From Candidatus Saccharicenans sp. (GTDB taxonomy: Bacteria; Acidobacteriota; Aminicenantia; Aminicenantales; Saccharicenantaceae), in assembly GCA_049719515.1 (NCBI GenBank), contig JBNARJ010000003.1, forward strand, positions 151,241 to 215,240: a DNA stretch of 64,000 nucleotides, read 5' to 3'. The notes below the pieces were generated by a model that was given only the letters and a program-made list of their open reading frames with translations, was not told the origin of the DNA and did no database searches. Shown one piece after another: positions 29,355-39,541 of this stretch. How positions within the stretch are numbered: position 1 is the first letter of the stretch; each line of letters starts with the position of its first letter. The position numbers and the translations under genes are program-made.

Positions 29355-31304
29355 ATGGTAAAAAGCCTTTCTGCCCGTTTCTGCCTTTTCCTCATTTTAT
29401 TGTTTTCTTATTCCATCCTGTTCGGTGCAGTGGAGGATGACCAGTTCAAGGAAGAAAAAATCCATCACGAAATCGTGGTAACAGCCACCAGGCTGGAAAC
29501 GCCAGTCAAAGAAACTGCTTCCAGCGTATCCGTTTTAAACATCGACCCGCTTACCCGGCTTAAATGCACCAGGCCGGAAACCGTTTTCTCCCAGGTCCCG
29601 GGTGTTTTTTACGCCCAGGCCGGGCCGGCTGGTGGAGCCGGTTCTCTTCTGCTTCGCGGCGGAAATTCCGAGCATACTCTGTTCATGATTGACGGGGTGG
29701 AGGTCAACGACCCGATTGCTCCCGCCCGGTCTTTTAATTTCAACTTGTTTAACCTGGCCCTGGTGGAACGGCTGGAAGTCCTCCGCGGGCCGCAGAGCAC
29801 GCTATACGGTTCTGATGCCCTGGCCGGGGTGGTAAATTTAGTCAGTTCGGAACCAGCTTCCAACCATTCGGAGCTCTTAATCTCCGCCGGAACGTTAAAA
29901 ACCTGGCAGGGCACCTTTTACCTGGCCCGGAGGGTAAAAAATCTCGCCTGTGAACTTGAATTAAATTCTTACGCCACCTCCGGTGTTTCTGCCGCCAGCA
30001 GATATTACGAGGGCAATAAAGAGCCCGATGGATTCTCTCAGCAAAGCTTCGCCTTCAAGGCCAGATACCAGGCCAGCCCTGACTTTTCTTTTAGCTGGCA
30101 GGTTCGGGGACTGCTCTCTGAGGCCGACCTTGATGCCTTTGGCGGGCCATATGGTGATGACCCAAACTTCAAGCAGAAAACTTCATTTGCCTTCCAGCGG
30201 GCTGAGTTCAACTTCTTTCTTTTCGGACATCGCTGGGAACAAAAGTTGATTTTCGGACTGGAAACCAGCCGGAGGAAAAATCAAAACGACCCGGATGAAA
30301 GCCATCTCGGGGAAAGCGAAAGAGCGGCTTATCACGGTAATTTCTTCAAGCTCGACTGGCAGAATAACCTTTTTCTCTCCAGAACACAGGCGGTAATTTT
30401 CGGGCTGGAGCTAAAAGAAGAATCCGCTCATTCAGAAGACTTCTATACCGGCCCTTTCGGTTCTTACGAAAGCCTCTTCCCTAAGAAAAAAGCCGGGCTG
30501 CTGGGCTTTTACCTGCAAGACCAGTGGAAGCCAGCCTCTGGCCTGTCACTGACTTCCGGACTGCGCCTTGACCGGCATCGGGAATTTGGAATGGCTCTGA
30601 CTTACCGGCTGGCCGCCCTTTATTCCTGGCCGAACCAAAGATGGAGAATAAAAGCCACGGCGGGCTCGGGTTTTAAAGCTCCATCCCTCTACCAGCTATA
30701 CGCTCCTGACAGTGCCTTCGGCCCTATCGGCAATAAAAATCTCAGACCAGAAAAAAATTTCGGTTGGGACATCGGGTTTGAGCACGATTTGGGCCACGAC
30801 CTGTCATTCAGCCTGACTTATTTTGAAAACCGATACCGTAACCTCATTCAATTTTATTTCGGTAGTGGCTATGAAAACCTCGGCCGGGCTCTAACCCGCG
30901 GGTTAGAAGCTTCCCTGAGCTTCAGACCATTCCAGGCTCTCTCGGCCGAGGGGGGCTGGACCTGGCTCAGGGCGCTCGACCTGGACCATGACGAACAACT
31001 GGTCCGGCGCCCGGCCCACAGTGGTTTCCTAAACTTCGCCTGGGTAGAAAAGAAATTTCGCCTGGGCTTGGAAATCAATTATGTCGGCGCAAGGATTGAC
31101 CTCAACTACTCAACCTATCCGGTTGCCCGGGTTAAACTTCCGGCCTGTTTTTTAACCAGCATCGACCTCCGCTACGACCTCAACCGGAAGTTTGAGGTTC
31201 TGTTTGTGATAAACAACCTGTTCAACGTCAGGTATGAACTTGTTTATGGCTACGGTCAGCCAGGCACTACAATTTCCACCGGTTTTAGATTAAAATTGTC
31301 ATAG
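29355..31304 (+). CDS. btuB: TonB-dependent outer-membrane receptor, BtuB-like
   Basis: Signal peptide, plug-domain TonB-box region (IVVTATRLETP), and a C-terminal beta-barrel ending in an aromatic residue. It is controlled by the cobalamin riboswitch. Confidence 0.8.
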   Translation: MVKSLSARFCLFLILLFSYSILFGAVEDDQFKEEKIHHEIVVTATRLETPVKETASSVSVLNIDPLTRLKCTRPETVFSQVPGVFYAQAGPAGGAGSLLLRGGNSEHTLFMIDGVEVNDPIAPARSFNFNLFNLALVERLEVLRGPQSTLYGSDALAGVVNLVSSEPASNHSELLISAGTLKTWQGTFYLARRVKNLACELELNSYATSGVSAASRYYEGNKEPDGFSQQSFAFKARYQASPDFSFSWQVRGLLSEADLDAFGGPYGDDPNFKQKTSFAFQRAEFNFFLFGHRWEQKLIFGLETSRRKNQNDPDESHLGESERAAYHGNFFKLDWQNNLFLSRTQAVIFGLELKEESAHSEDFYTGPFGSYESLFPKKKAGLLGFYLQDQWKPASGLSLTSGLRLDRHREFGMALTYRLAALYSWPNQRWRIKATAGSGFKAPSLYQLYAPDSAFGPIGNKNLRPEKNFGWDIGFEHDLGHDLSFSLTYFENRYRNLIQFYFGSGYENLGRALTRGLEASLSFRPFQALSAEGGWTWLRALDLDHDEQLVRRPAHSGFLNFAWVEKKFRLGLEINYVGARIDLNYSTYPVARVKLPACFLTSIDLRYDLNRKFEVLFVINNLFNVRYELVYGYGQPGTTISTGFRLKLS

Positions 31305-31377
31305 CCCTGCTGGCTAATTTCGGACAAATCATCCGAAAGCAAGTAGAAAGAGAAATTAGTCAGGCCGGAGTTATTAT

Positions 31378-34065
31378 ATGGAAGCCATAGAAACTCTTGA
31401 TAAGATATTTAAACCGCAGCGCATTGCTCTGGTCGGGGTAAGCCCTAACCCGAAAAGCGTCTCCGGGAAAATTCTGTCTAACCTCATTACCGGCGGGTTC
31501 CGGGGCGTTGTTTACCCGGTAAATCCGGCGGTAGAAGCCGTCATGGGTATTCCCTGTTTCCCTTCGGTCAAAGATTTGCCAAAAACACCTGACCTGGCCG
31601 TCATTACGGCCCCTGCTCCTCAGGTGCCAAAGTTGGTGGCTGAGTGCGGCCAGGCTGGCATCCTTGGCATCATTATAATTTCCGCCGGTTTTAGAGAAAC
31701 CGGTCCTCAGGGCCGGGCTTTAGAACAACAAATCCTCGAAGAAAAAAAGAAGTACCCGGGGATGCGCATCCTGGGCCCCAACTGCCTCGGGGTCATCTCG
31801 CCCGGCTTCCAGCTCAACGCCAGCTTTGCCGCTTCCATGCCGCTCAACGGCCACATTGCTTTCATTTCTCAGTCAGGTGCCCTTTGCACCTCCATCCTCG
31901 ACTGGTCCCTGGAAGAAAAAATCGGCTTTTCCTATTTTGTATCCATCGGTAATGCTATAGACATAGATTTTGGCGACCTGATTGACTATTTCGGTGAAGA
32001 CGAAAACACCAAATCAATTTTGCTTTACATAGAATCAATCTCAAACCCAAGGCGCTTTATGTCGGCGGCTCGCGCCTATGCCCGTACCAAACCCATAATT
32101 GCTTATAAGGCCGGGCGGTTTCCAGAATCAGCCGAGGCTGCTTCCTCTCACACTGGCGCCCTCGCCTCAGAAGATGCCATCTACGATGCGGCTTTTAAGA
32201 GAGCCGGCATGGCCCGGGTGTTTGAAATCAGCGAAATGTTCGACGTGGCCGAACTGATTGGCCGCCATAAAATTCCCAAGGGTCCACGCCTGGTCATTGT
32301 CACTAACGCCGGCGGCCCGGGGGTGATGGCCTCCGACGCTTTGATTGAAGCCGGAGGCCAGCTGGCTGAACTTGCGCCTCAGACGATTGAAGTTTTGAAT
32401 CAGGCTTTGCCGCCGGCCTGGTCACACGGCAATCCGGTTGATGTCCTGGGCGATGCCAAGTCGAAGACAGTGGCCAAAGCGGTTAATGCCGTCTTAAACG
32501 ACCCAAACACAGATGCTGTCCTCCTGATTATTACCCCCCAGGCCATGACCAACCCCCCAGGTATCGCCAAAGAAATCATCCCCCTGGCGGCTGAAACGCA
32601 AAAGCCCATCCTGGCTGCCTTCCTGGGTGGCCCGAGCATGCGTGAGGCGGTTAAACTGATGAACGAGGCCGGCCTACCAACTTACACCACGCCGGAACAG
32701 GCGGTGCGCGCCTTCATGATTCTGGTCAACTACGCCCGCAACTTAGAAGACCTCTATGAAACTCCGCGGGAAATCTCGGTAGAATTCCCGGTTGAAAGAG
32801 AAAAAATTCGCCAGGAAATAATTCCCATTTTGAAAAACGGGCCAGAAATCTTAGATGAACAAACTTCCAAAAAAATTCTGGAAGCCTACGGCATCCCCAC
32901 CACCCTACCGCGGGTTGCCCGAACGAAAGAAGAAGCGGTGACCATCAGCCGGGAAATTGGATTTCCGGTCGTGCTTAAAATTTACTCACCAGACATCCCT
33001 CACAAAACCGACGTCGGCGGGGTGGCGCTCGACCTGGAAGATGAGCACATGGTGGAAGTGGCTTTTGAGCGCATGATGAATTCCGTCAAAGAAAAAGCTC
33101 CTGCAGCCCGGATAGAAGGTGTAACCGTCCAGAAAATGGTCAGGCTAAAAGATTCCATAGAAATGATTCTGGGAAGCAAGAAAGACCCTACTTTTGGAGC
33201 GGTCATCATGGTTGGCTCGGGCGGAGTAACCACCGAGGTGCTCGGCGACCGTTCACTCTGCTTCCCGCCCCTCAACGAAAGGTTGGCCCGCCGGTTGCTT
33301 GAACAGCTAAAAACCTGGCCGCTTCTTAAAGGTTACCGGGGCCGGCCTGGAGTCAACATAGACAGGCTGGTTGAAATAATCATCCGTTTTTCTTATCTGG
33401 TAGCTGATTACCCGGAGATTAAAGAAATCGACATCAATCCGCTGCTGGCCGGTGCTTCCGGCGCGGTGGCGCTCGATGCCCGGATTGTGGTCGACCGCAC
33501 GGTTGAGCCGGGTAAGGCCAGGCCGTATGAACACCTGGTGCTCAGGCCTTATCCGGAAGAATTTATACGCAAGGCCACCATGCGCGACGGTACCGAGATA
33601 ACCCTTCGCCCGATTCGGCCTGAAGATGAACCGCTCTGGCTGGAGCTCCTGGGAAGCTGTTCCAAAGAAACCATCTACTCTCGCTTTAGATATTTCTTCT
33701 TCTGGCAATCCCATGAGGTGGCTTCCAGATACTGTTACATCGATTATGACCGGGAAATGGCCATCGTGGCGGAAATCCAGGAAGGAAACAAAAAGAAAAT
33801 CCTGGGCATCGGGCGGTTGACCGCTGACCCGACCAGGACGGTGGCCGAATACGCCGTTTTGGTGCAGGACAACTGGCAGAACAAGGGGCTGGGCGGCCTG
33901 CTCACCGATTACTGCACCGAAATTGCCCGGGCCTGGGGCGTTAAAAAAATCGTCGCCTACACCACAACGGATAACCCGCGCATGATTGCCGTGTTTAAAA
34001 AGCGAAATTTTGAAATACGGCAGGACCCGGATTCAACTCTGGTGGAAATTCAAAAGATTTTGTAA
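31378..34065 (+). CDS. Pat/PatZ-like protein lysine acetyltransferase (NDP-forming acyl-CoA synthetase domains fused to a GNAT domain)
   Basis: 895 aa with an N-terminal CoA-binding domain (IALVGVSPNPKSVSGKI), succinyl-CoA-synthetase-like and ATP-grasp domains, and a C-terminal GNAT domain. Confidence 0.85.
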   Translation: MEAIETLDKIFKPQRIALVGVSPNPKSVSGKILSNLITGGFRGVVYPVNPAVEAVMGIPCFPSVKDLPKTPDLAVITAPAPQVPKLVAECGQAGILGIIIISAGFRETGPQGRALEQQILEEKKKYPGMRILGPNCLGVISPGFQLNASFAASMPLNGHIAFISQSGALCTSILDWSLEEKIGFSYFVSIGNAIDIDFGDLIDYFGEDENTKSILLYIESISNPRRFMSAARAYARTKPIIAYKAGRFPESAEAASSHTGALASEDAIYDAAFKRAGMARVFEISEMFDVAELIGRHKIPKGPRLVIVTNAGGPGVMASDALIEAGGQLAELAPQTIEVLNQALPPAWSHGNPVDVLGDAKSKTVAKAVNAVLNDPNTDAVLLIITPQAMTNPPGIAKEIIPLAAETQKPILAAFLGGPSMREAVKLMNEAGLPTYTTPEQAVRAFMILVNYARNLEDLYETPREISVEFPVEREKIRQEIIPILKNGPEILDEQTSKKILEAYGIPTTLPRVARTKEEAVTISREIGFPVVLKIYSPDIPHKTDVGGVALDLEDEHMVEVAFERMMNSVKEKAPAARIEGVTVQKMVRLKDSIEMILGSKKDPTFGAVIMVGSGGVTTEVLGDRSLCFPPLNERLARRLLEQLKTWPLLKGYRGRPGVNIDRLVEIIIRFSYLVADYPEIKEIDINPLLAGASGAVALDARIVVDRTVEPGKARPYEHLVLRPYPEEFIRKATMRDGTEITLRPIRPEDEPLWLELLGSCSKETIYSRFRYFFFWQSHEVASRYCYIDYDREMAIVAEIQEGNKKKILGIGRLTADPTRTVAEYAVLVQDNWQNKGLGGLLTDYCTEIARAWGVKKIVAYTTTDNPRMIAVFKKRNFEIRQDPDSTLVEIQKIL

Positions 34066-34454
34066 ACATCACTGACAGGCAGTCAGTATAACTAAACTTC
34101 AAAGATTCAGCTCAGTGAATTTATGTTCTGCCTTCAGTTCTTGCCAGGATGTCTGCAGTTAAAGCTCCTTGACCAAAGGCCGGGCTGATACATAACTGAC
34201 AAAAACAAAATTCAGGTCAAAATGTTTTTCCGAATAAATGTTTGTGCACGGTCGCTGCATGCTTTCGGGCAGATTATGAACTTCAGGCATTGCAATTTCT
34301 AAAAGAGCGGCTGTTATGTCTGAATCAGCGCTCTAAAATTTATCCTGGCCAGCTTTCTCCAATCCGTGGAGATAAAAAAATTAGCCGTTCTTTCTATTCG
34401 AAATTTTTTATAGCATAGACTGCTCTTCCATAATTTGCTATAAATAGAAACGTT

Positions 34455-35717
34455 ATGACAGCCAAAAAATTTAGAAAACTCATCAACTGGGCTCCCGTAT
34501 TTCTTTTCAGCTGCTTTCTTTCTCTGGCCACTTTAAGGCTGCCGGCTCAGACTCAGGATGAAGGGAAAATGAGCCTGAGTTTTACCGGTTATGTTAAAAC
34601 CGACCTTATCTATGACACGCGGCAAACGGTCAGCATCCGTGAAGGGCATTTTCTGCTCTACCCTAAGGACCGGCTGCTGGATGTGGAAGGGAAAGATTTA
34701 AATGCCAAGGATACTTTTCACATACTCTCCATCCAGACCAGGCTGGCCCTTAAAGCCACCGGACCGAAAGCTTTCGGGGCAGCCACTTCCGCCTATGTGG
34801 AAGGAGAATTTTTCGGTCACTCCGAAGGCGATATTAACGGCTTCAGGTTGAGACATGCTTACCTGAAGCTCAGCTGGCCAAAGACCGAGCTGATGATCGG
34901 TCAGTTCTGGCACCCGATGTTCATAACAGAAAGTTACCCGGAAGTAATTTCTTTCAACACCGGCGCGCCTTTCGAGCCATTCTCCCGCGCTCCGCAGGTG
35001 CGCCTCACCTGGACTGAAAAGAAATTATCGTTTTCCGTGACCGCTCTTTCTCAGAGAGACTTTGCTTCAACCGGGCCGGAAGGAGTCAGCACGGTTTATA
35101 TTCGCAATGCCGCTTTTCCGGAGATAGATTTCAAAGCGGCTTATGCCGGAAAAGACTGGCTGTTCGGGGCAGGCGTCAATTCTCTGAAAATTGTTCCCCG
35201 CCTGGTCACTTATGCAGGCTATCAAGCCGATGAATCTGTCACTTCGCTGGCCGGTTACTTTTTTGGCCGTTTTAAAACCGAACTGCTGACCTTTAAAGCA
35301 CAGGCGGTTTACGGTGGTAACCTTCACCATCTGACCATGCTCGGCGGTTACGGAGTTACGGGAATTGCTGACTACACCTCTCTCAGATGGGAATACGCTC
35401 CCATTAACACGAGCTCAGCCTGGCTTGAAATCCAGACGAACGGGAGCCAGTGGCAGGCCGGGCTTTTTGGCGGTTACAGTAAAAATTATGGAGCCAGGCA
35501 GGAAATTACCGGCTCAATCTACAGCCGGGGAGACCTCATCGACCATCTGTTCCGGCTGGCGCCGCGTTTGGTATTAAATTCCGGCAAAATCCGCTTCGCC
35601 CAGGAAATCGAGCTAACCTCGGCCGCTTACGGCCACCGCGACCAGAAAGCCCGGGTCATTCCTGACCGCACGGTTACCAACGTCCGTTTTCTTTTCGCGG
35701 CCTACTACTTTTTCTGA
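34455..35717 (+). CDS. Putative outer-membrane beta-barrel protein (porin-like)
   Basis: Signal peptide, an alternating amphipathic pattern, and the C-terminal ...FAAYYFF signature of OMPs. Confidence 0.55.
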   Translation: MTAKKFRKLINWAPVFLFSCFLSLATLRLPAQTQDEGKMSLSFTGYVKTDLIYDTRQTVSIREGHFLLYPKDRLLDVEGKDLNAKDTFHILSIQTRLALKATGPKAFGAATSAYVEGEFFGHSEGDINGFRLRHAYLKLSWPKTELMIGQFWHPMFITESYPEVISFNTGAPFEPFSRAPQVRLTWTEKKLSFSVTALSQRDFASTGPEGVSTVYIRNAAFPEIDFKAAYAGKDWLFGAGVNSLKIVPRLVTYAGYQADESVTSLAGYFFGRFKTELLTFKAQAVYGGNLHHLTMLGGYGVTGIADYTSLRWEYAPINTSSAWLEIQTNGSQWQAGLFGGYSKNYGARQEITGSIYSRGDLIDHLFRLAPRLVLNSGKIRFAQEIELTSAAYGHRDQKARVIPDRTVTNVRFLFAAYYFF

Positions 35718-36128
35718 TCAATTCACGCGTTCTTAACGTCCGGAAATTCAGAGTTGATTAAATTCCGAAGCCGACTGGATGAAATAACAAACAAGAGCTG
35801 CTTTTGCTTCTTATCCTGTATGGCTCATCCGGCATATCTCGTGTGGCAGAAGTGGTTGGTAAGCGCGGCCGCTGAAGCCTGAGGATAAATGCCTTACCAA
35901 TAAATCACCCGGCCTTAAAAGATTCCAAGAGTCTGGCGGGCTGATGCTCAGGCCATTCCATTTAACATCTATCGGCACAGCCGGGTCTGCTTTTTAAAAT
36001 CAATGACTTTTTCCACATCCCCCAGAAAAATCCTTAAGATTCTCTTCTGTTGACCAATTCAGCTTAAGCAAAGACTGAACTTCGCGGCCGGACAGCCTGG
36101 CTGGCCAGAAATTTTCCCCGGGCAGAAC

Positions 36129-36158
36129 AAAAAAAGGGGGCAGCTTTACCTGCCCCCT
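36129..36158 (-). terminator. Rho-independent terminator downstream of the kbl-like gene
   Basis: The minus-strand RNA reads GGGGGCAG-guaaag-CUGCCCCC followed by UUUUUUU. Confidence 0.65.
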
Positions 36159-36206
36159 TCTCCGAATTTTTCCTGCTTCCTAATTATGGTCAATCATCGG
36201 CCGCTT

Positions 36207-37454
36207 TTACATTCCGTACATCTCAATGATTTCCTGCTTTGTCTTGTGCAGGATGTTGAACTTCTTGCCAACCTTTATAAAAGCATCAAGGGCTTTATCC
36301 AGATGGTGGATTTCATGGGCGGCAGAAATCTGCGTCCTGATCCGTGCCTGCCCCTGGGGCACAACCGGGAAGAAGAAACCGATGGCATAAATGCCCTCTT
36401 CATAAAGAGCCTTGGAAAACTCCTGCGCCAGCCTGGCGTTGAACAGCATTATGGGGACAATCGGTGTGTCACCTTCTTTCAGGATGAACCCGGCTTCTGT
36501 CAGACCCTTTCGCCAGTATTCGGTATTTTTTTCCAGCTTGTCGCGGCGCTCGGTGGTGGCCGATAAAATTTCCAGCACCTTCAGCACGGCTCCCACGATA
36601 ACCGGCGCGATCGTGTTGGAGAAAAGATAGGGACGAGCTTTCTGCCGGCACATCTCGACTGTTTCCGCCCGGCCGGAAACGCAGCCGCCGGTGGCACCGC
36701 CCAGAGCTTTACCGAAAGTTGTCGTGATGATGTCAATCTTGCCCATGACGCCGTATTTTTCATGCGTGCCGCGACCCGTCTTGCCGATGAAACCGGTAGC
36801 ATGGGAATCATCCACCAGGAGCATGGCGTTGTACTTCTCGCACAACTCGACCATTTTGTCCAGCCTGGCCGTGTCGCCGTCCATGGAAAAAACACCATCG
36901 GTCACCACCAGCCTCAGCCGTTTGTCCTGGTACATCTGCAGCTTCTGCTCCAGGTGCTCCATGTCCGAATGTTTGTACGTGTCGTGCATGGCACTGCACA
37001 GCCTGATGCCGTCTATCAGAGAAGCATGCACCAGACGGTCCGAGATGATAACATCGTCCTTAGTCAGGATGGCTTCAAACACACCGGCGTTGGCATCCAT
37101 GCAGGAGGGAAAAAGAATCGTATCCTCTGTGCCGAGAAATTCCGTAACTTTCTTTTCCAGTTCTTTGTGGATATCCTGGGTGCCGCAGATAAAGCGCACC
37201 GAAGACATGCCAAAACCTCGGGTCTCCAGGGTTTCGTGGGCCGCCCTGATTACTTCCGGGTGGCTCGACAGCCCGAGGTAATTGTTGGCACACATGTTGA
37301 TGACTTTTTTCAAAGAAGAACCTGCGGGAAATTCAACCTCTATATCGGCTGCCTGGGGGGAGTGGATAAACCGTTCCTCTTTAAAAAGGCCGGCCTCTTT
37401 CAGGGCCTTTAACTGGTCCTGATACAATTGCCTGACATTATCCGGAAAAGCCAT
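36207..37454 (-). CDS. kbl: Alpha-oxoamine synthase, Kbl-type (glycine C-acetyltransferase/2-amino-3-ketobutyrate CoA ligase-like)
   Basis: Collinear with E. coli Kbl from recall (CANNYLGL, DGVFSMDG, PLP-lysine TFGKALGGATGG, PYLFSN, GFFFPVVPQGQARIRTQ). Perfect AAAGGAGG RBS. Confidence 0.85.
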   Translation of the reverse strand: MAFPDNVRQLYQDQLKALKEAGLFKEERFIHSPQAADIEVEFPAGSSLKKVINMCANNYLGLSSHPEVIRAAHETLETRGFGMSSVRFICGTQDIHKELEKKVTEFLGTEDTILFPSCMDANAGVFEAILTKDDVIISDRLVHASLIDGIRLCSAMHDTYKHSDMEHLEQKLQMYQDKRLRLVVTDGVFSMDGDTARLDKMVELCEKYNAMLLVDDSHATGFIGKTGRGTHEKYGVMGKIDIITTTFGKALGGATGGCVSGRAETVEMCRQKARPYLFSNTIAPVIVGAVLKVLEILSATTERRDKLEKNTEYWRKGLTEAGFILKEGDTPIVPIMLFNARLAQEFSKALYEEGIYAIGFFFPVVPQGQARIRTQISAAHEIHHLDKALDAFIKVGKKFNILHKTKQEIIEMYGM

Positions 37455-37520
37455 AGTTTCCTCCTTTCTATGGTTCTGCCGCCTGGCTGGAATTCTTTCC
37501 GGTCAAGCGGAATTTCTTGC

Positions 37521-37769
37521 TCAGGCTTTGGTAAATTCCCGGACCAGTTCGGCAATCTTGTTAACCGAATCAAAAGCTTCGGGCGTGGCTTTTTCATCAG
37601 GTATCTGGATGTTGTACTTGTTCTCCAGGAACCTCTTCAGGGAAACCATGGAAAAAGAGTCCACAATCCCGCCGGAAATCAGTGGTGTGTCATAGGTAAT
37701 GGGGTCCGAGTCCGGTTCAAGATACTCATTGATGATGTAATTCTTGATTACTTCTTTCAATTCATCCAT
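37521..37769 (-). CDS. Acyl carrier protein
   Basis: 82 aa with the phosphopantetheine-attachment motif GGIVDSFSMVSL. AAGGAG RBS. Confidence 0.85.
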   Translation of the reverse strand: MDELKEVIKNYIINEYLEPDSDPITYDTPLISGGIVDSFSMVSLKRFLENKYNIQIPDEKATPEAFDSVNKIAELVREFTKA

Positions 37770-37823
37770 CGTTACACTCCTTTTTATTAATTTTTATTCA
37801 ACCTGACTATTTTTTCAACCACT

Positions 37824-39527
37824 TCAATCATTTTCCAGGGTCGAGGTATCGCCTATTTCCTCTCCCCATTCCTTGGCATGAAGGATTCGTCTCATGATTT
37901 TGCCGCTTCTGGTTTTGGGCAGAGCATCGATGAACTCTATTTCCTGGGGCATGGCCAGAGGAGACAGCTTCTTGCGGATAAAGTTCATGATATCAAGCTC
38001 CAAATCCTTGGAAGGAGTAAAACCGGGCTTCAAAGTGACAAAGGCTTTGACGACTTCCATGTTAATCGGGTCCGGTTTGCTGACCACGGCCGACTCGGCT
38101 ACCGCCGGGTGCTCCAGCAGGGCCGACTCCACTTCAAACGGGCTCACCAGGTGGCCGCCCGTGTTTATAACATCATCATCCCTTCCGACAAACCAGAAAT
38201 AGCCTTCTTTATCTATGCGGGCCCGGTCGCCGGTCAGGTACCAGCCGTTCCGGAATTTGTTCCTGTAAGCTTCTTCGTTGTTCCAGTAAGTTCTCATCAT
38301 TGATGGCCAGCCGGGCTTTAGACCGATCAGCCCGATTCGCCCCGGCTCCGGGTAAGGCTCGTGATTATTCGGGTTCAAAACGGTGGCCGTTATGCCAGGA
38401 AACGGCCGTCCCATTGAACCCGGCTTAACCGGCATGCCCGGGAAGTTGGTTATGACAATGCAACCCGTTTCCGTCTGCCAGTAGGTATCGTGGAAAGGTT
38501 TGCCGAAAACTCGAATGGACCAGTTTACCGCTTCCGGGTTCAACGGCTCGCCGACGCTGGCCAGGTGTCTTAACGAGGACAGGTCGAACTTCTTTATTAT
38601 TTCATCCCCGGCTTTCATCAGCGACCGGATAGCCGTTGGTGCCGTATACCAGACGGTCACCCGGTGTTTTTCGATAAACCTGTACCAGGCTTCCGCCGAA
38701 AAGCCGCTGTCCAGCACACACTGGGTAACCCCCAGGCTGAACGGGCCGATTATGCCATAAGATGTGCCGGTAACCCAGCCCGGGTCAGCCGTGCACCAGT
38801 AGATGTCATCATCTCTTAAATCCAGAACCCATTTGGCCGTCAGATACTGAGAAATCAAAGAGTAATGCACATGCTGCACTCCCTTGGGCATTCCGGTCGT
38901 GCCCGAAGTATAATGCAGCACGGAGGGGGTTTCAGCATAGGTGGGATAAACGGGATAATCCTCCACCTTTTCTGACCCTTCCATGGAAAAGCCGACTTCT
39001 CTTTCCTGAAGCGGTGTCTTCCCATCATAATCAACGATTATGATATGCCTGAGGTGAGGCAGGCGGTCTCTTATTTTTCTGACCTTGGCCACATGTTTTT
39101 TTTGCGTGAAAATGGTGGAAGTCTGAGCATTTTCCAGACGAACAAAAAGAGATTCTTCGCCGAAGGCAGAAAAAAGAGGCTGAACAATGGCTCCGGTTTT
39201 GAGAATTCCCAGAAACCCGATATAGAGTTCCGGCACGCGGTCCATAAACAGACAAACTCTTTCGCCCGCTTTAACACCGAGGTCAGTCAGGAAGCGGGCC
39301 ACCGTGTTGGAATAAAGGCGAACATCGTTGTAGGTAAAAACTTTCTTTTCGCCTGTAAACCCTTCCCAGATTAAAGCCACTTTTTCCGCTTTTCCTAACT
39401 GACAGATGCGGTCCGAGCAATACCAGCCGATGTTGATGACCTGGCCGGGTTGATAACCGAGCTCCTGCTCGGAAATGGCCCAGGAAAAATTTTTTACTCT
39501 TTCTTCGTAAGAACCGAAATTTGACAT
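37824..39527 (-). CDS. Acs-family adenylate-forming acyl-CoA/acyl-ACP synthetase (acetyl/propionyl-CoA synthetase-like)
   Basis: YTSGTTGMPKG; WYLTGD...GRDDDVINTGGHLVSPFEVE; C-terminal SGKIMRR. GGGGAGG RBS. Confidence 0.8.
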   Translation of the reverse strand: MSNFGSYEERVKNFSWAISEQELGYQPGQVINIGWYCSDRICQLGKAEKVALIWEGFTGEKKVFTYNDVRLYSNTVARFLTDLGVKAGERVCLFMDRVPELYIGFLGILKTGAIVQPLFSAFGEESLFVRLENAQTSTIFTQKKHVAKVRKIRDRLPHLRHIIIVDYDGKTPLQEREVGFSMEGSEKVEDYPVYPTYAETPSVLHYTSGTTGMPKGVQHVHYSLISQYLTAKWVLDLRDDDIYWCTADPGWVTGTSYGIIGPFSLGVTQCVLDSGFSAEAWYRFIEKHRVTVWYTAPTAIRSLMKAGDEIIKKFDLSSLRHLASVGEPLNPEAVNWSIRVFGKPFHDTYWQTETGCIVITNFPGMPVKPGSMGRPFPGITATVLNPNNHEPYPEPGRIGLIGLKPGWPSMMRTYWNNEEAYRNKFRNGWYLTGDRARIDKEGYFWFVGRDDDVINTGGHLVSPFEVESALLEHPAVAESAVVSKPDPINMEVVKAFVTLKPGFTPSKDLELDIMNFIRKKLSPLAMPQEIEFIDALPKTRSGKIMRRILHAKEWGEEIGDTSTLEND

Positions 39528-39541
39528 GGCACCTCCCCGTT

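Noticed and set aside
36691-37412. Two plus-strand ORFs of about 200 aa inside the kbl-like gene
   Set aside because: Antisense shadow ORFs.
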